NCBI GenBank assembly: GCA_963733675.1
Contig: CAVTET010000001.1
Coordinates: 544,001-608,000, forward strand
Length of the DNA stretch: 64,000 nucleotides
Source: an uncultured Methanosarcinaceae archaeon
Lineage (GTDB): Archaea; Halobacteriota; Methanosarcinia; Methanosarcinales; Methanosarcinaceae
Direction: 5' to 3'
Every line of letters starts with the position of its first letter. The stretch's first letter is position 1. The notes under the pieces are model-generated. The model searched no databases, was not told where the DNA came from, and worked only from the letters and a program-made list of their open reading frames with translations. Both the position numbers and the translations under genes were made by a program. Below, in pieces: positions 1-9,338 of this stretch.

Positions 1-379
1 CTGTAGATTCACAGTTGAGTTTTATGTTCAATGTATTCAATTTTGATTTCTATGTGAAGTAATGTCTAAAAAACGAGATAAATATTAAATAGGATATATC
101 CATTGTTTTAAAGAAATAAAAATTAGTGTAACAATATCGTGAGCTGACATGCCGATACGCCAGCGAAGAAGTGGTGGGGTGGCTCTCAGACTGCATTATG
201 CTCTTACGGCAGTAACCATAATATCCTGTTGTGGGCTTGCAAGTTTATTATAATATATCATTATTTAAAAATAAGGAAATAGGTTTTTATTAAAACCTAT
301 AAAATAATTATTAAGCAACGAGTTTTTTACAGTTTCGTTTTCAGAATGATTGTTGTTAATTTATTTCAAATATTGATGA

Positions 380-1162
380 TCAAAAAATATTGTATCCAAT
401 AGTGTATCCTGGAAGGAACTGCATGTTGTATCCAATATTGTATCCACGATCATATCTGTTTATAAATCCAATCGGATATCTTTCTTCAATCGGATAACCA
501 TCACGATATTCATTCAAATAAAGCTGTTCATCTGTTGATTCCCAATTTGGGTTCATTGTTAAGCTTACTGGTTCAGCAGCTTCTGTTTTGCTTTTTTTAT
601 TGATGCTAATTACTGATTCAGTAGTTTCATTTTTAGGTTTTGTATTTGTGCTTATTAACTTATTAGTTTCTTTTTTGGCTTTTTTATTAATACTTGTTAC
701 TGATTCAATAGTTCCATTTTTGGGTTTTGTATTTATGCTTAATAACTCAGTAGTTTCATTTTCATGTTTTGCATTTATGCTTACTGGTTCAATATTTTCA
801 TTTTTGGTTGCAATTTTTGTACTTACTGTCATGGCAGTTATATACGCTGGCTTTATAAGTGTATCATTGCCATCAGGTCCCCACACATTCAATGTGATAT
901 TATAAATTCCAGGTTTCCCAAAATTATGATGAGTCGTTAGATCTGAACCGCTATAAGTAGTGGCTCCAGTTCCTATATTTTCAAATATCCAGCGCCAAGA
1001 AGTAACATTGCCGGTGACTTCACCAGTAAATCGTGTATGTAAAGGAATCGTCCCATTTGTAACGTTAGCAGAAAAATCATGAATTTTTATATTACCTGCT
1101 GCTAAAGATACTGGCATTAAAATTAGTACCAATAAAACCATCGATGATAAATATTTTCTCAT
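380..1162 (-). CDS. Secreted PKD-domain protein with ~14-15 aa repeat linker and Tyr/Gly-rich tail
   Basis: Signal peptide; DFSANVTNGTIPL...SWRWIF...HNFGKPGIYNITLNV PKD pattern; paralog at 39786-40229. Confidence 0.85.
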   Translation of the reverse strand: MRKYLSSMVLLVLILMPVSLAAGNIKIHDFSANVTNGTIPLHTRFTGEVTGNVTSWRWIFENIGTGATTYSGSDLTTHHNFGKPGIYNITLNVWGPDGNDTLIKPAYITAMTVSTKIATKNENIEPVSINAKHENETTELLSINTKPKNGTIESVTSINKKAKKETNKLISTNTKPKNETTESVISINKKSKTEAAEPVSLTMNPNWESTDEQLYLNEYRDGYPIEERYPIGFINRYDRGYNIGYNMQFLPGYTIGYNIF

Positions 1163-1175
1163 ATTGAATTCTCCT

Positions 1176-1289
1176 TAGGACTAACGCATTTGATATGCAA
1201 AAAACACTAGCAAGTTAATCATAAATATTACGACTTAAATAATTTGAAGTTTTAAGCATATGATTTTTCAATGAATTGCGTAAGTCCTA
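1176..1289. repeat. Short MITE-like element bounded by TAGGACT(T/A)ACGCA inverted repeats
   Basis: taggactaacgca at ~1176 and tgcgtaagtccta at ~1277-1289 are inverted; same motif at 61741-61794. Confidence 0.55.
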
Positions 1290-2185
1290 TATTGTTCTGA
1301 TTGTCTTGCCCGTAGACTGTGGGCAGAGGGTTTTAGATTAACGATCCCACATATAAACTTTGTTTTTTAAATACAGAATTTAAATAAGTAGAAATCAGAA
1401 AATAGCCACTTTTAATGGTTTAATTCCAGATATCATCTCAAAATTATGAAACGTCAGAGACTAAATGAAAACCAATGAAGTATAGTGGGAAGATATGTAT
1501 TGTAACACAAAAAGCTGCATAAAGAGAGATTTGTCTTGTAGGCTTTGAAGGGCCGAAGGTATATGTTATTGATTTTAATTAACATGATTGGTCATATTGC
1601 AAAAAATAATGGTATTGATTTAAAGATCTAAATTCATTTGGATAGTATTGGTGATCCGATTGATCTTAGATGTAGAAAAGTTGATCTTGTGAACTGCGGG
1701 GTGTCGTTGCCTGCGGTCCGGTAGAGACTCGCTTTGAAGGCTTGAGAGTCTGTAGAATATAACTATATCTAATCATACATATATGTTTTGAGTATATTCT
1801 ATATATTAATTATTTAAAATAAATGATCTAGAGAATGTGTGAGATTTTAGCTAAAAATCTAAGCAAATATCCGATTGGATTTAATGTATATTATTTTGAA
1901 ATTATATAATTGTCCCCAAAATCCCGAGAACTTACCTATGTTATATAGCAGCAAACTTACGGTGTTTCCGTTTTGTCTAAACAATGACTTACTATCGGCT
2001 TACCAAAAAGACTTTGTTAGAAACCAGGAGTAATTGGCCTCTATAAAAAATGTCTCTAAACGTCTAATAATGGCTCATACTTGATTTGGCTAATGTAAAT
2101 ACCACTTGCATGTCGAAGAAAACTAAATAAACATTAAATACAAGACTTACTTATATTAATTTTTATAAATAAAAACTGTGTAAAG

Positions 2186-2633
2186 ATGGCACGCCCTTCT
2201 AAAATAACTCCAGATATGATAAAAATCGGTGAAAATGTTGCTTTAGTACTTCCGTATTCTCTTGCAGCAGAATCTTCTGGCACAACATATCAGACATTCA
2301 ACGACTGGATGACAAAAGGTAAAAATTCAATATCTGGAGAGTATTATTAGTTTTCACAATATATTGAAAAGCGGGACACTGATGCGACTAAAAAAATTCT
2401 TGCGCGCTTAAACACAGCAGCTGATGCAGGAAACTGCCAGGTTTGCATGTGAATTCTTGAACGACGGGTTCCTGATGAATTTGGAAGGCGGGTATATAGG
2501 AAAATGAATGTTGTTTCAGAGAATAAGAAATAAAAATGTGGAACTAACAGTCAAGGAAGCAGATAAAATTAGGAAACAAATTTTAGCGAAGTTTGATCGG
2601 GTTTGAGAAAGTCACGAGTCACAAATGAATTTG
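2186..2633 (+). pseudogene. Decayed HTH / terminase-small-subunit-like protein
   Basis: MARPSKITPD...LPYSLAAESSGTTYQTFNDWMTKG...ILERRVPDEFGRR with internal stops; paralog at 38470-38923. Confidence 0.65.
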
Positions 2634-2669
2634 ATTTTTTCCTCACCTGTACTGCTATTGAAGTATTCT

Positions 2670-3446
2670 TTAGAAATATTTTGTTTGCGATCTATCATTG
2701 TATCTTTTAGGTATATAGTCTCGAAGTAACCATAGACCGTACGCGAAAAATGCAATATAAAAAAGAATCGATTCTACCCATATCCCCGAATACCCATTGA
2801 AATGTGTTAGATCTATAAAGTAATCCCACAGCCAATGAATAGTGATTCCTGGAATAATAGTGTCAAGACGGATTCTCAAAGCTACCATATATAAACCAAA
2901 CATAAATGCATAAAAAGCCTGAAGTATACTTGCATTAAAGTCACCACTGACAAAACCACTTAATACATGTACAGCGCCGAAAATAATTGTTGTTATCCAC
3001 ACTGCACGCCAGATCCCGAATGATGATGAAGCTCCATGAAACAATATGCCTCGAAACAGCAACTCTTCGCAGATCCCTACCATCGAAGTATTGATGAGTA
3101 CAAACATAAGAACCCGGGTTGACGGTAGACCTGCAAATAAAACTAATAGTATATGAATGAGATGAAACAGAACAGGTAGCCACAAAAAACGTAAATTTCG
3201 TAAATTATTTAGGCCTTTCCACCTAACTTGATGCCACCATTTCAAGTAAGTAACAGCTCCGAAAAAAAAGATCATTGACTCAAGCTCTAGAAAGTTGATA
3301 GATTTTCCTGTAAATTGATGTAGTGGTCTGTGATGGACTACAAACGGTAAATCTTGTACCCTCATTATAACAATCAACCAAATTAGAAATATTATAAGTG
3401 ATGAATACCAAGGTTTTCGTAGTACATTCATCTTTGTTTTCTCCAA
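2670..3446 (-). CDS. CPBP (CAAX protease/Abi-type) intramembrane metalloprotease
   Basis: EELLFRG, FGAVH and HWLWD motifs; multiple hydrophobic helices. Confidence 0.85.
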   Translation of the reverse strand: MEKTKMNVLRKPWYSSLIIFLIWLIVIMRVQDLPFVVHHRPLHQFTGKSINFLELESMIFFFGAVTYLKWWHQVRWKGLNNLRNLRFLWLPVLFHLIHILLVLFAGLPSTRVLMFVLINTSMVGICEELLFRGILFHGASSSFGIWRAVWITTIIFGAVHVLSGFVSGDFNASILQAFYAFMFGLYMVALRIRLDTIIPGITIHWLWDYFIDLTHFNGYSGIWVESILFYIAFFAYGLWLLRDYIPKRYNDRSQTKYF

Positions 3447-3796
3447 AAAGGAACTTAAACAGTAATATTCAGGGCTATTCAGATCTTTAGGATCTAAGTC
3501 AATTGAAAGAAGTTAGTGTTTTTTAGTTTCTCCCTTGCGTTCTATTTGTTTAGGAAAATTTCATAATTTGAGTGTGTGTACATCATTTATATTCGCTAAG
3601 GAATCTGTTAACTTTAAAAATATTACTGCAATACTCGATTCATATTGATGTACATAGTGCTTGTCAATTGGAACGCATAATTAAGTATAATAGATCTGAC
3701 AATCAAAAGTAAGTGATCTATTAAGAGTTACTGTAGACTTAATATTTATCACTATGTGGCAAGGGGATAGAATTTTCCTTCATGCTACAAGACGTG

Positions 3797-4004
3797 TTAC
3801 CAAAATCGCCACCATGGTTTTTTTTTCTTCCGACGCTTCAACCGCTTTTTGATTAATTAGGGTTTGAACTTGAACCATGTAATTATCAAACGTTTTTTTA
3901 AGGTCTTCTTTATCTTGACGTGCGTGGTCTAAATCCTTTTTCAATGTCTCATTATGGGCTTTGAGTTCATCAATTCTTGCCATTGCTTCTTGTATTTCAT
4001 TGGA
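3797..4004 (-). pseudogene. 3' part of a coiled-coil protein ending KKPWWRFW, truncated by a MITE
   Basis: Heptad-like ARIDELKAHNETLKKDL...; a frameshift in an A-run hides ccatggtggcgattttggtaa (PWWRFW*); the 5' end of ORF 3780-4037 is MITE sequence. Confidence 0.6.
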
Positions 4005-4154
4005 GGTTCCGTTGCAAAAAATCTGGCTTTCTTGCAAAATCAGAAAAAACCTTCACAATTAGGAAAGTTAATCATTTTCATTAGAAAGAAAATGGTACAT
4101 AAAGGTGAAAATTATAGTGTCAAAATGCAGAAATATTATTTTTGCAACGGAACC
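4005..4154 (+). mobile_element. 150-bp IS6-derived MITE, copy 1
   Basis: TIR GGTTCCGTTGCAAAAA identical to the IS6 ends; near-identical copies at 41107 and 45713. Confidence 0.93.
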
Positions 4155-5039
4155 GTTTTTTACACGCAAGCAACTAAGGTAAATGGTGTATGGACAGTTG
4201 GAAATTTCACAACTCTGCGTGCACCTCTTATGACAATCCAAAACACACAATACCTCTACACACCAAAAAAAATGGGTGTTATCACAAGGCGACTCTCCAA
4301 AAAGCCATGGAGTAAAAAGAAAAATCAATGAAGTTTGGGGGTATAAAACAGGGCACACACCAAAAATAAATGTAAAAAATATGGGTGCATACACTCAAAT
4401 TGAGGTTATACCAACCGACTTACAAAACGTGTCTAATTACCAAGTGATTATTCCTGCTAGTATGCTCAACATATCCTCACAGAGCGATTCTTTGGATGTT
4501 GAGCGTGCATAAGTCCACAAAGACAGTAATATTTAGACTAGCAAGCTTAGTAAATCTCATAGCTAGTAATATAATTAGGGTTTACAAGGCTGTTTATTTC
4601 CAGACTGTGTCAACGACGGTTAAGAATTCTCCATTTTCGGCAGTTCAAAAACTCCAAATCTTCAACATTTGAGAAAGGTTTGAGGATTGTATAATGCTGG
4701 AAATGGATGAATGTCTGTAGATACGAGATCTAGAGAGATTATTTCTTATTTTACAGAAAATTAAGCGAACTGCTGTAAATTACAGCATTCTAGGTTTACT
4801 GTAAAATCTACTATGTATCCAATTTTCCTTTTTGATTACAATTCTATTGCCACATTCTTATTGCCTATGATCCATTTCGGTGTCTTAATTTGATCTGGCA
4901 GCATATTTTAATTTTTCATTATTCAGTGTTTCAGTAAAATCGGTGTATATATCCCCGATTTAGATGAAAATATCCCTCCAATTGAGGATTAAACTGAATA
5001 AATGCATATATTTTCTAACAAAAAACTATCTATCTTACA

Positions 5040-5600
5040 TTAGTTGAATTTTGTTTATTTTTCTATTACTGTAAATTTCATCGCGAATTTCATTCCATTG
5101 TCCCTTTTCAAATCAAATTCCCCATCTAATTGATCTACCAGGGAGGCTACCAGCTGAAATCCAAGATTATTAAGACCTTCAATTTCAGAGTTCTCAGGAA
5201 TTTCCACACCGTTTTCTGAGACCTTCAGGATAAAACTTGTGTTCTTAATGCCATCTTTTTTGTTTTCTTCTCTATGATGTTTAATTTGAATTTTTCCCTT
5301 AGCATGCTGGAAAATGCATGTTTATGAGAGTTGGAAACGAGTTCATTAACAATCATTTCTAATGGGACTGCAGTATCTATCTCAAAGAAAAAATTCTCTT
5401 CCAGATACACATTTAAACTGAAATCGACATTCTCAAGTATGCATCTCAGAAAAATGTTCTCAACAAGTTTTTGAAGTTATGTTGAGAAACCAACTGTGTC
5501 TTCCATTTCCTTCATGCAGTTTCTCATGAATAAGAGCCATAGATATCACTCTTTGTTGGATTTCCCTGAAGGCTTCAAGGACTTCTGAGTTCTTTATACC
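5040..5600 (-). pseudogene. Decayed HisKA_2/HATPase histidine kinase C-terminus
   Basis: IDTAVPLEMIVNELVSNSHKHAF, SENGVEIPE and GFQLVASLVDQLDG fragments with frameshifts. Confidence 0.8.
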
Positions 5601-5669
5601 TTATCGGTCTATTAAAATATTCTTAATAGCCCTAAGCAAATACTGATTTCAAACTGCTGTTAACCTTTA

Positions 5670-6885
5670 TTATGTAAGTTTTACCTGGTTGATTGGTAAA
5701 GTGAAATAAAAAGTTGAACCTTTGCCTAATTCAGATTCAACCAATATACGGCCACCAGCTCTCTCTACAATTTTCTTACAAATTGCAAGCCCTATTCCTG
5801 TTCCGGGATATTTTCCCCTGGTATGTAATCTTTTAAAAACTTCAAATATTTTTTCTGAATATTGCGGATTAATTCCGATTCCTTTGTACTGCACTGAAAA
5901 TATCCATTCACTCGCTTTTTTCTCTGCAGCTATGTGAATTTTTGGTGTCTCTTCACCATGAAATTTTATTCCGTTGAGTATCATATTCTGAAATACCTGA
6001 ATTAACTGGGTAGAATCTGCCATTACTTCAGGTAAAGGGTCATGAGATATAGTAGCATTATTTTCTTTAATAACCATTTTTGAATTGGATAATACCTTCT
6101 TCAAAATGAACTCACAATCCGTAGTTCCAAATTCTCTAGTACTTCTAGTCACTCGGGAGTAGTCTAAAAGATCATTTATTAGATTTTGCATACTAGAAAC
6201 CCCGTCAACAGCAAAGTGTATGTATTTATCAGCCTTGTCATCGATATTGCCCTGGGCTTTTCGTTGTAAAAGCTGCAAATAGCTTGTAATCATCCTTAGT
6301 GGGTTCTTGTAAATCGTGAGAAGAAACGTAAGCAAATTGCTCTAATTATTCATTTGAGCGAGCAAGTTCTTCTGATTTAGACCTTAAAGCTTCTTTTGCT
6401 TTTTTACGTTCTGATATCCATGGACATACCGCATATAGCATAGGGTTTACCCTACAAGTCATAGAGTGGGAATTTGTTGGCAAGGAAGATATGCTGTCCA
6501 TCAACCAGATCTGCAACTTCCTCCATTTGTTCGGGTACACCAATTTCCAGGATTATAAGGTAATGTATTTGAGAATAATTAGCCAAGTCTGGAGAAAATA
6601 TATCCGAGTCAGTTTCTCCCTTATTTCATCGCATGTAATCCCATGAAGTTCTTCTAATTTTTTGTTAATGAGAGTGAAACGCCCCGTCAGATCTTTGATG
6701 AAAATGAGTCCTCGTGAACCAGTGAGGATTGCTTGAAGCTGATTTTCACTTCCCTTCAACAAATTAAAAGTCTCTTCAAGTTCTTCTGTGCGTTCTTTGA
6801 CTAAATTTTCTAAATTGTCGAGTGTTTGTTTTAACTTCGTTTCTGCTCGTTTTCGGTCTGCGATATCCAAGGTTATAGCAAGGCC
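5670..6885 (-). pseudogene. Frameshifted PAS/HisKA/HATPase sensor kinase, 5' end removed at IS6
   Basis: LARSNE / PLRMITSYLQLL / YPGTGIGLAICKKIVE spread over 3 ORF pieces; close paralog of 49140-49848. Confidence 0.85.
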
Positions 6886-7740
6886 GGTTCCGTTGCAAAA
6901 AATCCTTTCTAATGATACAATAGAATAAAAAGAAAACCAAAGATAGTAACATGCTATCTAATTCCTTTAAATGGAAGCATTATGAAGGGGAAATTATCTT
7001 ATTGAATGTAAGATGGTACTTAAAATATGCATTAAGTTATAGAAATTTGAAGGAAATGATGGCAGAAAGGGGAGTAAAAGTCGACCATACAACAATCATG
7101 AGATGGGTACATCAATATTCCCCTGAAATAGAAAAGAAGATAAGAAGACATTTAAGACCAACAAATTATTCGTGGAGAGTTGATGAAACCTATATCAAAG
7201 TAAAAGGTAAATAGAAATATTTTTACCGAGCAGTTGACTCAAATGGAGATACAATTGATTTCATGTTAAGTTCAAAACGAGATAGAAAGGCAGCGAAGAG
7301 ATTCTTTAAGAAAGCTTTAAGTTCTAATCATAATCAAATTCCAAGATTAATAACCGTTGATAAGAATCCAGCTTATCCACCTGCTATAGATAAACTAAAA
7401 ATTGATAAAATACTACCTAAAAACGTAGGCATTCGACAAATCAAGTATTTGAATAACATTATAGAACAAGATCATAGATCTATAAAGAGAATCGTTAATC
7501 CAATGTTAGGATTTCAGTCTTTTCGATCTGCTAATAAGACTTTAAAAGGAATTGAAGCTATAAATATGATCAAAAAAGGACAAGTAATCGATCTAAATTA
7601 CTATGTTCTTAATGAAGTCAAATACATTAATCAATTATTTGGTATAGTTTTATAATGTTAGTACATTTTCCTTGAATGTTTTGATTTTTATTAATCACTT
7701 ATAGATTTACATATTTTGTTGAAGTTTTTGCAACGGAACC
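6886..7740 (+). mobile_element. IS6-family insertion sequence (855 bp), copy 1
   Basis: TIRs GGTTCCGTTGCAAAAA; transposase motifs FKWKHY, LSYRNL, WRVDETY, YLNNIIEQDHR. Confidence 0.95.
6951..7655 (+). pseudogene. IS6 DDE transposase with one in-frame TAG (7212-7214)
   Basis: ORFs 6951-7214 and 7263-7655 are in one frame; the other copy has TGG here. Confidence 0.9.
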
Positions 7741-7871
7741 TCTGATGCTCTATTAAAGGTATTTTCCTTGGCTAATAATCGGTCCTCTTAGCTATCTTTT
7801 TATTGCTACCGAAAACTTTAATATCTAACAGATTCATGAGAAGAATTTATCACAATTTCTTAGATCTTCAT

Positions 7872-7943
7872 GCGACTGTAGTTTAGTGGCTATGACCTGA
7901 GCTTCCCAAGCTTAGAACCCGGGTTCGAATCCCGGCAGTCGCA
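7872..7943 (+). tRNA. tRNA-Gly (anticodon CCC)
   Basis: Acceptor GCGACTG/CAGTCGC+A, anticodon loop TTCCCAA, T-arm CCGGGTTCGAATCCCGG; no encoded CCA; T-tract downstream. Confidence 0.95.
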
Positions 7944-9338
7944 TTGATAACTTTTTTGAATATTCTTTCAAATAAAAATAAAGAATATCTTTATTTGCAA
8001 GATGAAATTATAAAAAATTTATGCGAAAAATTTTTTGGATATTTTTCCAGCAAGATTCTCTTTTGGAATATATTTTGCTAAATTTAAAAAAGGGGCGATT
8101 CTGCGGATATTTCTCATGCAGTTTATTTCCTGCAATATTGCTGCATGGTAACTATTATAGTGGGCAAAGTGGTACAAATAACCCTCTTTACACTGATTCA
8201 ATACGCAAATTTTGGTGGGCTGATTTTATTTCACTGTTTGTGATTGATATTTTTTATTTCTCTATCAATCAAAAATCATAAGTATCCATTGAATCAAAAT
8301 AGATATCTTCCACTGATTTATGGTATGCTGAATTGTTACTCACATTTTTTTTCTTTGTCATCAATTATATTCACAGTATATGTGATAATTTTTAGTCTAA
8401 TTGATGCTTATTTAGCCTCGGCAATAAAATTCCAATTTGTCCCAGCTTTTAAGAGAGCATATTTGCATTATTTATATCTATACTAATAAGAAATTATATG
8501 GGTATATGTTGTTGCTGTGGCAAATCACAAAAAGCATTTTTTTCTCTAACAAGTGAAATATTGAGTTAAATATGTTCATAATATTTTTGCTCTAGCAATG
8601 ACCGTAGAGTGTTTTGATAAACTTCCACATCGTTGTCATATGTTTATTAATTATGTGCAAATGACTCGTTCAAATCAAAGATTTATGAACTTCTCTTAAA
8701 TCACTCGATTTATTATGGACCGTCTAATTGCCTAAAGAGCCAATCTCAACATCCGTTATCAAAATCACATTCGAGCTTTGCTCTTATTTATTGCTCTTAT
8801 TTATATAACTGAAATTTCAAAACACTATTAAATATTATTTTGTTATTTAGGTCCTTAACAATGTAAATTTTAATAACAATTTGTGAAGCTAAAAATTGTG
8901 AAAAGAAATTAAACTAAAAAGCTCACAATATGTTGAAAAAAGCAAAGGAAGTTAGTAAGCGAACAAACATAATTCAAGCAAATAGATAACAAGATTTATA
9001 TTGGAAGATCTCTTATTATGAATATTGATAAAGTTACGCCTCAAAAAATAAAATGAGTTAAACGGTTAAAAGTATTAATATCCTCCTCGAATTGTATGGG
9101 AAAAAGTGAATTGCAGATACTTGGTGAAAGTTTAGAAAATTCGGTCAAGTCTATAAAATATACTCAAAAGCATACTCAACTTTATAATTAATACAAATTT
9201 CACATAATTTTTTTGGTTTGGAAAATTCTGCATCTATTTGAGGAGGATACAAATACTCCGTTAATGGGGGATATGGCGTTTGTTTAGCTTATGCTGTAAT
9301 TTTAACAAATGCTTATATTTGTAACAGGAAGTGGATAA

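Noticed and set aside
588-905. Hydrophobic + strand ORF (also 10916-11551 and 61869-62165)
   Set aside because: Antisense shadows of Lys/Asn/Ser- or Gly-rich repeat genes
3954-4512. ORFs 3954-4331, 4068-4394 and 4276-4512 as genes
   Set aside because: Chimeras of MITE sequence and an unidentified frameshifted fragment
7872-7943. tRNA-Gly as integration site
   Set aside because: No duplicate of its 3' end was seen; gggttcgaa at ~37924 is a short chance match inside a CDS
8019-8486. Short ORFs downstream of the tRNA
   Set aside because: AT-rich, low-complexity, no RBS or motifs
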